A stretch of DNA of 64,000 bases, from positions 558,001 through 622,000 of the forward strand of contig JAPDFW010000103.1 of the NCBI GenBank assembly GCA_028826165.1. The letters run 5' to 3'. Both the position numbers and the translations under genes were made by a program. The stretch comes from Anaeramoeba ignava BMAN (lineage: Eukaryota; Protista; Anaeramoebae). This document shows, piece by piece, positions 26,301-37,965 of this stretch. Under the pieces are notes generated by a model. That model made no database searches. It was not told where the DNA came from and worked only from the letters and a program-made list of their open reading frames with translations. Within the stretch, counting starts at the first letter, position 1, and every line of letters starts with the position of its first letter.

Positions 26301-29300
26301 TTCTTGTAAAATAAATGGTATATTGCAAATATTTTCAATTAAAATCATTATAAATCTTGAAAAATGGAAATGATCAGTTTTTTCTTTAAATCCATACGAT
26401 TCAAAAATTTTTCTTTTTAAATTTTGTGGAATCAATGTTTTGTTATTGATATTTAAATATGCTGATACATTTAATTTATTTAATTCATTATTTTTCAAAT
26501 TTGAAATAATATTTGGTTTGGAACTAAAATTTCTAAATAAAGAATTAGCAATTAATCCTGAATCTCTATAATATAAATTCATATTTTGATTAGAATATCT
26601 GATCATTTTCAAGAAATAATAAAAATCTCTAAGTCCAAAATAAGTTCGATTTTTTTGATTATTTTGTGAAATATTAATAATATCTTTATAAACTTTTGTT
26701 AACTGATTTGAAAATTCTTTAGGTATTTGAATAAAATTTTGACTTGTTTTTGATGATGATGAAGATGATGATAAAATTTGAAATGCTGTATTTTCCAAAT
26801 CTGTTTCAGAATCTCTTCTAAGAAAAATACCTCTATTCATATTACTAAAATCTAATACCCAATTAGAAATAGAAACTACAGATACTTGATTTTGAATTTG
26901 AATTTGAATTTGAATTTGAATTTGAATTTCATTTTCATTTTGATTTTGATTTTGAATTTCATTTTGAATTTGATTTTTTTTTAATTTATATAATATTTTT
27001 TCTGATTTTTCAAGTTTAGAATGAAGAACTTTTAATGAATTTTTTTTATTTAAATCAGCAAGTGCAACTTCTTCAAGAATAACAACTCCTAATTTTTTAT
27101 TTGTTGTATTTTCTTTTGCATTTTTAAAAATATCTTTTATTGCTTCTGATGTTGTTAATTTAGAACATTGAAGTAATGATTCTTTGAGTGATCTAATTCC
27201 TAAATCTTCTATAAGTTTATTTTCTTTATATTTTAATTCAAAAGATTTTAAAATAATTTCAACAGATAATGTTTTTGATGTTCCTATTTTATTTTTTATT
27301 GATTTAAATAATTAATAAGTATTTGATTTAAATAATTAATAATTTGTTATTAATTTAATTTACCTGGTTTTCCAATTATAAATATTGGGATATTTGTGTA
27401 AATACAAATGAAAAGTAATAAACAATTTTCTTTTATTGCTGTATTTTTAGCAATCATTTTTTCTTCAAAATCATACTTCAATGAATTAATAAATTTATCT
27501 TGAATTTTTTCTAAAATTTCTTTTTGTTTTTTAACTTTTTCATCATTTTCAAATATTTCTTTATAATATTCATCTTGTTTTTTGTTTTGTTGTCTAACTA
27601 TATAACCAACAAATAAACTTAATATAATTGCTCTTTCAAAATATTCTTCTTCTGTTATTTCTTTTTGCTTCTTTATAAAATAATAAAAAGTTTTTAATTT
27701 TTTCTTCATAAAAAATCCAATGAAATATTCTTAAAAATCTTGATACATCTCTTAAAGAAACACTTGCATTTAAATTTTTTTGAAGATTTGAAATTTGATT
27801 TTGATTTGAATTTTGATTTTGATTTTGATTTTGATTTGAAATTTGATTTTGATTTGAATTTTGATTTTGATTTTGATTTGAATTTTGATTTTGATTTGTT
27901 CGAATAAATTTTTGTGATTTAGAAATATATTTAGTGATTTTATTTTTATATTTATTTTTATCTTGATTTTCAAGTGAATTTTCAACCATCTTTTCAATAT
28001 ATTCTTCTTCTTTTTCTGATTGAAGTGAATGAAAATCAATAACACAACTTTTTAAAGATTCTGAAATTTCATGAACTCGATAAGCAAGATTTCTGTTTTG
28101 TTTAAAAAATTTTTGATTTTGATCATCATTTTCATAATCATTAACATTTAATCCAAATTCTCCAATTGGATCATCATCATAATTTTGTTCTCTATATGGA
28201 TTAATTGCTGCAATTAATTTAATTTTATCTTCTATTTTTTTTCCTTCAAATGTTTTATCTATAAATAAATGTTTGAAAATAGAAATACAATTTTCTGGTG
28301 CAGTATTTAATTCATCAAAAAATAAAATAACATTTTCTGAAATATTTTTTGCTTTTTCAATACTTTCTTCAATATCTTTTTTGGTAGTTCCTCCATTAAC
28401 ATGAATAGTTATAACTTTGTAGTTTAATATATCTTCAAAAAGATAATTTATTAATGCAGTTTTACCACATCCTGTTTCTCCTGATATAATTGTTGGAATT
28501 CCAATAAATGTTCTAAATTGAATTAAAATCATTTTTGAAATGTTATCTGTTGTAAGTACATATTTTGATTCATTATTAATATGTTCTTGAATAAGTTTTG
28601 GATCAACTTCATTTTCTCTAAGAAAGGAAATGTATTTGAAAAATTTTTTTATTTTTTCATCATGTTCTAAGTTATTCCAAGATTTATTTTCAAATTTGTA
28701 TTTTTAGATAAATCTTCAATAATTTGTTGTTCTTCTTTTGAAAGATTATATTGCTCATAAAAATGCTATTCCATTTTTAAATTGTTCATTTGGATTTTTG
28801 AGAAACATCTATTCTTTTTGTATTTTCTTCAGTTTTTAATTTAAAAATAAATCCATATAAATTTTGGAAAATTTCTGGTTTTTGTTGATAAATAAGGAAT
28901 TATTGTAAATCTTGCAATAGAAAAATCAATATTTAATTAACTTTTGTAAATTATTCAATTCATCATTATTATCTTGATTATCTTTATTATTTTGATTATC
29001 TAACTTTGTTTTTAATTAATTCCCAATTAAGTATTGGATTAATAAACATTTTCATTGAAAACCAAAATTCTGATAATAATTTGTAAGATATTGTTATTCC
29101 ATTTTTAGAATTAGAATCAATATTTTCACTAACTTCTTTTAACATTTTTGAAATATCAATAAATTCTTTTTATCTCGTTGTAAATTTGAAAAAAAAGGGT
29201 TTTGAAATGTTTTGAAATTGGTTTTTTTAAGAAAAAATGTATTATTATCGATTTTAATTAAACAATTTGCTACTTTTTTTAAATCATCATCATCTTCTTC

Positions 29301-32300
29301 TTTTAATTTAAATTGATCTTTATCAAATTCATATTTTTTGAAACTAACTTCATCTTTTTTATAAGAACATTCAGTTAATTCACAATTTTCTAAAGGATAG
29401 AATTTTTCCCAAATTTCATTTTCATTTTCATTTTCATTTTCATTTTCATTTTTTTGATTTGGTATTTCAAAAACAATTTCTGTATCTTCATTTAAATTCC
29501 AACAAAATGATTTTGATTTTGATTTTGAATTTGAATCTAAATCTAAACTTGAATTTGGATTTTGATCTTCAATAGATCCCCACATAATTAATCCCCATAA
29601 TGCTTTTGTGATATTATTTGAACATTTACTTGGAAATTCAATATGGATAACTCTTTTTTCATTTTTTAATTTATTTATTTTTTCATCATTTTGATTTAAT
29701 AATTTAATTAATTCTGAAACAGTTCCTTTATGTAATTGAATTAATTGATAATAATGATAATAATCTTGTTGGATTTTGGAATAACAGAATTGTTTAATTT
29801 GAAAACTTTTTCCATCTCCTTGATTTTTTGAAAAGAAAACATGAATTTGTTTATAATAATAATTATTTTTCATAATACTACTTAAAATAGGCTTTATATC
29901 TGATATAGATTTATCTTGGAAATTTATATATAATTTGTCACGTTTTAATCTATTTTGTAAAAGATTATCTGATGATATAGAATCAAATATAATCATTGGA
30001 AATTTTGTTATATAATCAATTGAATCTATTTGTGAAATAAGATGTATTATATTCTTTAAAGATAGAAATTTTGTTTGGGCTATTGAAAAAAGAAATTTTG
30101 TTTCTTTATTTTCATTTTCATTTTGATTTTCTTTTTCTTTTTCTTTTTCTTTTTCTTTTTACATTTTCTTTTTCATTTTCTTTTTTATTTTCATTTTCAT
30201 TTTCATTTTCATTTTCATTTTCTTTTTCATTTTCATTTTTATTTTGATTTTCATTTTGATTTTCTTTTTCATTTTTATTTTTATTTTTATTTTCTTTTTC
30301 ATTATAATATTTATAAATGGAGAAAAAAGAAGTGATATCATTTGATGTTGTTTTTGAATCACAAATTAAAATTTCTTTTCTTAATGGGAATTTTTTTGAA
30401 TATAAATGATAAATTAACAAAATTCTATTTAAAATTTGTTTTTCTTCTTCTTCTTTATCCATTATTGTAATAAATATTTTTGAATCATGAATTCCTCCTG
30501 TTTTTTTTTCATCTATTTTTTCAATTAATTTTTCTCTAAATTTCTCTTGTTCAGATGTAAAAGAATCATCATCATCTAAAGTTAATTGAATACTAGAATA
30601 TAAAGAATAATGTTTATCAATTATTTTGAAAAATTCTTTATAGAATTTAGTTATATCAGCATTTTCTAGATTTTGAATAAATTCTTGTATAATTTCTTTT
30701 TTTCCAAAAATAAGTTGTAAAACTGATAAAAACATTTTTTCATTTCTTTTATAAATAATTATTTGAGATTCAGTTAATTGAAAATTATCTCCTTTATTTT
30801 TTAAAAATTGATAAAAATAGATTAATTGATGAATTGATAAAAAACCTGATAAATTAATTCTTTTAATCTCTTTTTTATGTATTTTCCAATTTCCAAGTAT
30901 TTTTGAAAGTTCTTCTCTAAAATTTTTAATTTTATCTTGATATGATTTTGGATCGTTTGTAATATCTATTAATTTTTTCCCTAAATTATATAATGATTTG
31001 ATATTAGAAAATTTTTTCATTTTATTATAAATATCTTCAATAGATTCAAATAATTTTTGATATTCAACAATATATCTATTTTCTTTTTGATTTTGATTTT
31101 GATTTTCATCCATTTCAGCTTTTTGTTTTTGTTTTTGATTTAATATAAAACGAAACATATTCAAACAACTTTCATAATTTTCATTTTTATGGTTTGTAAT
31201 ATTTAATTGAAAAAGGGGTTTTGTTATATTGAAAATAATTTGAGATTGCTTAAATATATTTTCAATTTTTTGAGGTAAATCTTCTTCTTTATCTTTTTCT
31301 TCATTTTTTTCTTCAATATAAAATAAAGATTGATATAATAATTTAATATAAATTTCTTCTTTTTCTTCTTTTTCTTTTTTGGATTTTAATTCTTGAATTT
31401 TTTTTAATTCTTTAATGAAATGTTTGAAATTTTTGAATTTTTTTGAAAATAAATCTGAAAATAAATCTTTTAATTGTATTAAAGAATTCCTCATTTTTTG
31501 AATAACATCATCATTTCGATTTAATTTTTTAATAATTTCTTCAAATTCTTTATTTTGGATTTTTTCTTTTAACCATTCTATTATTGATTTATTTTTATTT
31601 TTTTGGATTAATTGTTTTATAAATTCAAGAAATGATAAATCAAATTCAATTTTATCAATAATTTCCTTTTTGATATTTTCAACATCTTTAAGTTTTATTT
31701 CATTTTCTTTAATTGGATTTGTAAATTCTTTAATTTCTTTAATTTCATTAAGTTTGTTTTCTTGGAGAAATATTTTACAAAATTCGATGAAAGGATTAAT
31801 AGTTTCAATTAATCTTTGTAATTCAAAGAAAATATTGATTTTAATTTGTAAATCTTCTGAAATTCCAAAAGATTCAATCTCATCTTTAAATCTTTTTTCA
31901 TCATTTATCTGAGATTCTGTTTTTAATTCTTGAAATGTGATTTCTAATTTAAAAGTTTCTTTCTTCCATTTTTCCCATTCTTCATTTATAGTTTTACATA
32001 TTTCTTCAATCTTTATTTTTTCTTGTTCTTTTTCTTTTTTTAAATTTTTGAGATATTGTATAAATTTTTGTTTGTAAAAAGAGTTTTCCAAAAATAAATT
32101 AATAGATTTTGTTGTTTCTGTTTTTTTTTCTGTTTTTTTTTTTCTGTTTTTTTCTGTTTTTTTTTCTGTTTTTTTCAGATAATTTTCCATATCTTTTAAT
32201 GTAGAATCTTTATCAAAATTTTTTGGTAATCCATCAAATTTGAATCCTTCTTTTTCTTTTTCTTTTTCTTTAAATTGATCAAAGAAATATTTCATTTTTG

Positions 32301-34831
32301 AAATTTCTTCATCTAAATCAATATATTTTTTTCTGTTTTCTTCAATTATTTCTTTTTCATTTGAAATTTTTAATTTAATAAATTTTGTGAATATTTCTTC
32401 ATTTCTGAAAAACATTTTCCAATCTTCTATTTTCGTATTTGGATAATTTTGTAATTTTTTAAAATATTCATTGAGTTCTTTTTCATAATTGTTTAATTGT
32501 TTCTCAAAATTTTGATTAATTTTTTTAGTATCTTTTATTAATTTTATAAGTGGAGGAGAAGATTTCTTGAAAGTTAAGAACCATAATAATACATTTCTCC
32601 ATTTATTTGAATTAATTTCATTTTTTTGAATAATATCATTCCAATTTAGTAATTGATTTTGATTTTGATTTTGATTTTGATTAAAATCAACATATTTAAT
32701 CCAACAATGTATATGAATATTTAATGGAATAAACCTTAAATATGTTTGATTGTTTATAATGTTTTTGAATTCATATTTTGCATCTTCCATATAAATTTCT
32801 TGAAATTGTTCTTCAAAATCAATAATAAATTTATATCTTAATAAATTTTTTTTATCAACTTTTTTAATGTAATCTATATAAATTTTATCTTTGAAAATAT
32901 TAGTTATAGTGCTAATTTTTGAGATATGGCTTGGATTATCATCAATTAAGGTTGGATGTTTAAATAGATAATCATCAATATTTATTTTCTGGTTAAAATC
33001 AGTTATTGGAAGATTTTTTGATTGATTTGCTTGAATAGTTAGTTGTTCTGCAATTTCATTCATTTTTAACAAAAATTTAAATATATCTAAAACAGTTTTA
33101 AAGTTTTCTGCTTTTAATTTCTCTTTAAATTCTGGAAAATCAATAAGTTTATTTATTGATTTAGAGAAGAATCGTGAATTCATAAAATTATTCAATAAAT
33201 AATTTGATAAATCAAATTTTGTTCCAAAAATATTTTCCAAAACTTCTTTTTTAAAATAAGAATTCATTTCTTTTTTTAAATAGAATGAAAATACATTTTC
33301 AATAGCATTTCGAATATTATCATTAGTTTTTTTTATTTTAGGTAATTCAAATTCTTGTTCAAGTAAAATAAAAAGAGGTAAAAAATTAATTTTGTAAGAT
33401 TTCTTGTTTGAATATTTGTTAAATAATTGAAGAAATTCTTTTAATGGTTCAAATAATTCTTTTTTGTTTGTTTTATAATAAGCTGAGAAAATCAAATAAT
33501 TTGTTTTAATAAAATCATTTGCTTCACATTTTGAGATGTTATCCATTATATTTTTAACTTTTTTTGAAGGTTTAAGGATAAAAAGTAAGCGAGCTAACAA
33601 TTCTGGTTTTTTCTTTAAAATGATCTTCTTTTTGTTTAAATCATTTGAAATTATATTTTCAAATTCATTTTGTTTTAAATCATTTGAAATTATATTTTCA
33701 AATTGATATTGTTTGAAAGCATTTAAAATTTCCAAAAAGTTTAACAATTCAAAATCTTTAAAATCTGACAAAAAACTTTGAAACCAATTTCTGAAGAATC
33801 GTGAATTCATAAAATTATTCCATAAAGGATTTGATAAATCAAATTTTGTTCCAAAAATATTTTCCAAAACTTCTTTTTTAAAATAAGAATTCATTTCTTT
33901 TTTTAAATAGAATGAAAATACATTTTCGATAGCATTCTGAATATTATCATTAGTTGTTTTTTCTTTAGGAAATTCAAATTCTTGTTCAAATAAAATAAAA
34001 AGAGGTAAAAAATTAATTTTGTAAGATTTCCTGTTTGAATATTTGTTAAATGATTGAAGAAATTCTTTTAATGATTCAAATAACTCTTTTTTGTTTGTTT
34101 TATAATAAGCTGAGAAAATCAAATAATTTGTTTGAATAAAATCATTTGCTTCACATTTTGAGATGTTATCCATTATATTTTTTACTTTTTTTGAAGGTTT
34201 AAGGATAAAAAGTAAGTGAGCTAACAATTCTGGTTTTTTCTTTAAAATGATCTTCTTTTCGTTTAAATCATTTAAAATTATATTTTCAAATTCATTTTGT
34301 TTTAAAGCATTTAAAATTTCCAAAAAGTCTAACAATTCAAAATCTTTATCTTTAAAATCTATCAAAGAATTTATAATCAAAAATCCATCTTTCTTTGTTG
34401 ATTCAAAAATAATTTGTGAAGTAATTGGTTTTGGTTCTTGATTGTTAATTTGATAAGAAGCATTTTGAGAGCAAGAAAATTGAAAAAGATGCATTTCTTT
34501 TGAAGGAGAAGAAAATTTTGGTTTCAAAGGTATTTGTTTTGATTCATCTATTAAAATAACATTAATTTCTTTTTCTTTTTCTTTTTCTTTTTCTTTTTCT
34601 TTTTCATTTTCTTTTTCTTTTTCTTTTTCTTTTTCTTTTTCTTTTTCATTTTCTTTTTCATTTTCTTTTTCATTTTCTTTTTCTTTTTCTTTTTCTTTTT
34701 CTTTTTCTTTTTCTTTTTCTTTTTCTTTTTCTTTTTCTTTTTCTTTTTCTTTTTCTTTTCTTTTCTTTTCTTTTCTTTTTCTTTTCTTTTTGGACAATAA
34801 TTAAAATAACTTTTTGCTTTTTTTCTTCCAT
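20396..34831 (-). CDS. RNF213/mysterin-like giant dynein-type AAA+ ATPase (~4700 aa), frameshifted in this assembly
   Basis: RNF213 motifs occur in order: 'GDGKSFQI', 'YVLTTDNISKMILI', Walker A 'GETGCGKT', 'VNGGTT', Walker B 'ILFFDELNT', 'AAINPYR', 'LAYRVH', 'VSLRDVSR', second Walker A 'IIGKPG|TSKT' (intron 27363-27284), 'SISNWVLDFSNMNRG', 'FGLRDFY', 'LYDLLN', 'LNRFEK'. Probable ATG at 34831. ORF pieces join across indels near 34770, 30130, 30055, 29200-28620, 27710 and 23565. Confidence 0.85.
23655..23960 (-). repeat. Coding low-complexity tract (DK)n and N/D/E-rich repeats
   Basis: (TCTTTA)n on the + strand at ~23655-23815, then TCA/TTT repeats. Confidence 0.85.
33165..34360 (-). repeat. 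Intragenic tandem duplication with 627-nt period in the RNF213-like N-terminal region
   Basis: atcgtgaattcataaaattattc occurs at 33171 and 33798. The protein block DFELL.FLEILNA...NNFMNSRFF appears twice. Confidence 0.92.
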
Positions 34832-35109
34832 TTACTTGCTTTTGTTTGTTTCTGTGTGTTTCTGTGTGTTTGTGTTTTGTTTTTTGTTTTTGTGTTTTTA
34901 AAAATAAAATTTGTAAAAAAAATGAAAAAATTTTTTTTGGAATAAATAAAAAGAAAAAAACAATAAATTTAATTGAGGGGCATAATTTATAAAAAAATAT
35001 TTTACTTTCCTTTTTTTCCCTTTTTAATTTAATTTTAATTTTAAAAAAAAAACAAAGATCAATAACAAAAATAAAATAAAAACAACAAAAATTACTAATT
35101 TTTATTAAA

Positions 35110-36540
35110 TTATTCATTTATTTAATTAATTAATTAATATTTATTCCACTTTTTAAATTTAATTTGAATTTATTTAATTAATTAATATTTATTTATTCCA
35201 TTTTTATTTTTAAATTTGAATTTGATTTAAATTAATTAATATTTATTTATTTCATTTTTTTTTAAATTTGATTTATATTATTTAATTAATTAATATTTAT
35301 TCCATTTTTATTTTTAAATTTGATTTATATTATTTAATTAATTAATTAATTAATATTTATTCCATTTTTATTTTAAATTTGAATTGAATTTATTTATTTA
35401 TTTTTATTCCACTTTTTTTTTTAAATTTGATTTGAATTTAATTAATTAATTAATTTATTTTTATTCCACTTTTTTTTTTAAATTTAATTTGAATTTATTT
35501 AATTAATATTTATTCCATTTTTATTTTTAAATTTGAATTTGATTTAAATTAATTAATATTTATTTATTTCACTTTTATTTTAAATTTTAAATTTATTTAT
35601 TTATTTAATTAATATTTATTTATTCCACTTTTATTTTAAATTTGATTTAAATTTATTTAATTAATAAATATTTATTCCACTTTTTAAATTTGATTTGAAT
35701 TTATTTATTTAATTAATATTTATTTATTCCACTTTTTAATTTAAATTTATTTAATTAATTAATATTTATTCCACTTTTTTTTAAATTTGATTTTATTTAA
35801 TTAATTAATTAATATTTATTCCATTTTTAAATTTAAATTGAATTTAATTAATTAATATTTATTCCATTTTTTTTTAAATTATTCATTTATTTATTTAATT
35901 AATTAATTAATATTTATTCCACTTTTTAAATTTAATTTATTTATTTAATTAATTAATATTTATTCCACTTTTTAAATTTAATTTAATTTATTTAATAAAT
36001 TAATATTTATTCCACTTTTTATTAAATTTGAATTTGAATTTAATTAATAAATAAATATTTATTCCACTTTTTATTAAATTTGAATTTGAATTTAATTAAT
36101 TAATTAATATTTATTCCACTTTCTTTTTTAAATTTGATTTAATTAATTAATTAATATTTATTCCACTTTTTTTATTAAATTTGATTTGAATTTAATTAAT
36201 TAATATTTATTTATTCCACTTTTTAAATTTGATTTATTTAATTAATTAATATTTATTCCACTTTTTATTTTAAATTTAATTTATTTAATTAATTAATTAA
36301 TATTTATTCCATTATTTTTTTAAATTTAATTTGAATTTATTTATTTAATTAATTAATATTTATTCCACTTTTTTTTTAAATTTGAATTTAATTTATTTAT
36401 TTAATTAATATTTATTCCATTTTTTTTTAAATTTAATTAATAATTTAATTAATTAATTTTTATTCCATTATTTTTTTAAATTTGAATTGAATCTATTTAA
36501 TTAATTAATTAATATTTATTCCACTTTTTTTTTTAAATTA
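35110..36540. repeat. ~45-bp AT minisatellite (TTAATTAATATTTATTCCACTTTTT...) of roughly 30 units in a divergent intergenic region
   Basis: Recurring core aatatttattccac/ccat with variable AT linkers. Confidence 0.85.
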
Positions 36541-36656
36541 TTTTTTTTTTTTGAATTTTAATTTTAATTTTATTTCAAAAAGAAATCGGAAAAAATTTTT
36601 TTTTAATTTTTTTTTTTTCATTTTTTTCATTTTTTTTCTTTTTCATTTTAATAAAA

Positions 36657-37740
36657 ATGAGTGATTTTTCTTCTAAACAAAAAAAAATTTTTCAAGAAGC
36701 ATTTGATCTTTTTGACCAAAATTTAGATGTAAAAATGAAAAATAAAATGAAAATTAAAATGAAAATTAAAATTGAAAATTAATATGAAAATTTAATATAA
36801 AATTAAAATTAAAATTAATATAAAATTAAAAATTAAAATTTTTAAAAAGGGAGTTGTTGAATTTGATCAGATTGGATCTTTATTACGTTCTGTTGGACAA
36901 TCTCCTACAGATTTAGAAATCAAAAACCTTGTAAAATCATTATATTCTATTTTTACTAATTGTTTTCTTTATAATTAATAATTGAATTCTTTTCTATTTT
37001 TCTTTTTTTTTTTTATAAAAATTTTTTTTCAAATTTTATTTAATTTGATTTTTTTTTTAATAGATTTCTGAACTTGAAAAAGATCAAGAAAAGTAAATAT
37101 TACAATTAAATACTGCGATAAAACTTCAATATAACAAAAATTATATGAAATTAAAATAAATATTTTAAGTTAAAAAAAATGAGAAAAAAACTCAAAAAAA
37201 ATTTCAAAAAAAAAAAAAACTTTTTGCGAAATTTTGTTTTCAATTTTTTTAATCAAAAAAAAAACAAAATTTCAACAAAAATCCATTTACAAATTTTTTC
37301 TATCAAATCCAAACAGAATTGATTTCAAGAAATTTCTTGAACTTATTAAACGATTTGACATTACAAAAGAAGAAAAAGAAGAAGAACTTATTAAAGCATT
37401 TGAAGCACTTGATCGGGTTTGAAAATTTTTGAGTAATATAAAGTTATTATTTGAGTTTAACTCATCTTCCTGGAATTTAATTAAATTCATAGAAAAGAGA
37501 AGGATTCATTTTTGCATCTGAACTTCGATACATTTTAACCAAATTTGGAGAACCACTTACAAAAGAAGATGTTACTGATATTTTAAGAGGAGTTGGAATG
37601 GATAAAGATGGAAAAGTTAACTATAAAGGTATTTTTCTGTCTATCTTCTCTTTGGATATTCATTTATTAATTTTTTTCTATTTTTTATTTCCTTTTTTTT
37701 TCTTTTATTAGACTTTATTAATTTCTTAATCCAAAAATGA
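36657..37740 (+). CDS. Calmodulin-like / myosin light chain EF-hand protein (148 aa)
   Basis: Exons 36657-36728, 36850-36930, 37064-37092, 37317-37416, 37493-37628 and 37712-37740 sum to 447 nt in frame: FQEAFDLFDQNLDGVV...LLRSVGQSPT...IDFKKFL...AFEALDRKREGFIFASELRYILTKFGEPLT...DKDGKVNYKDFI. Confidence 0.9.
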
Positions 37741-37965
37741 TCTGATCTGATCTGATCTTTTCCCAAAAATTTCTTTCATTTTTTTTTTCAATCAAAAAAA
37801 AAATAATGATAATAACAAATTAAAATCTTCTTCTTCTTCTTTTTTTTTTTTTCTTTGACATGAAACTTCATAAAAAAGGAATTTTTAACTCAAAATTTTT
37901 TTTTCCGATTTTTATTTTTATTTTCATTTTCATTTTTCATTTTTCATTTATTTTTTTTTAACAAC

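Noticed and set aside
23526-30200. Programmed ribosomal frameshifting or a non-standard code explaining the broken RNF213-like ORFs
   Set aside because: The breaks are frame changes at assorted homopolymers with no shared slippery motif that I could see; other genes read cleanly in the standard code
34551-35117. Poly-Lys ORF on the minus strand
   Set aside because: Alternative frame of the (GAAAAA)n KE repeat plus upstream non-coding sequence
35110-36540. CRISPR-like appearance (constant TATTTATTCCAC core with variable linkers)
   Set aside because: The linkers are slippage variants of one AT motif rather than unique spacers; there are no cas genes and the context is eukaryotic
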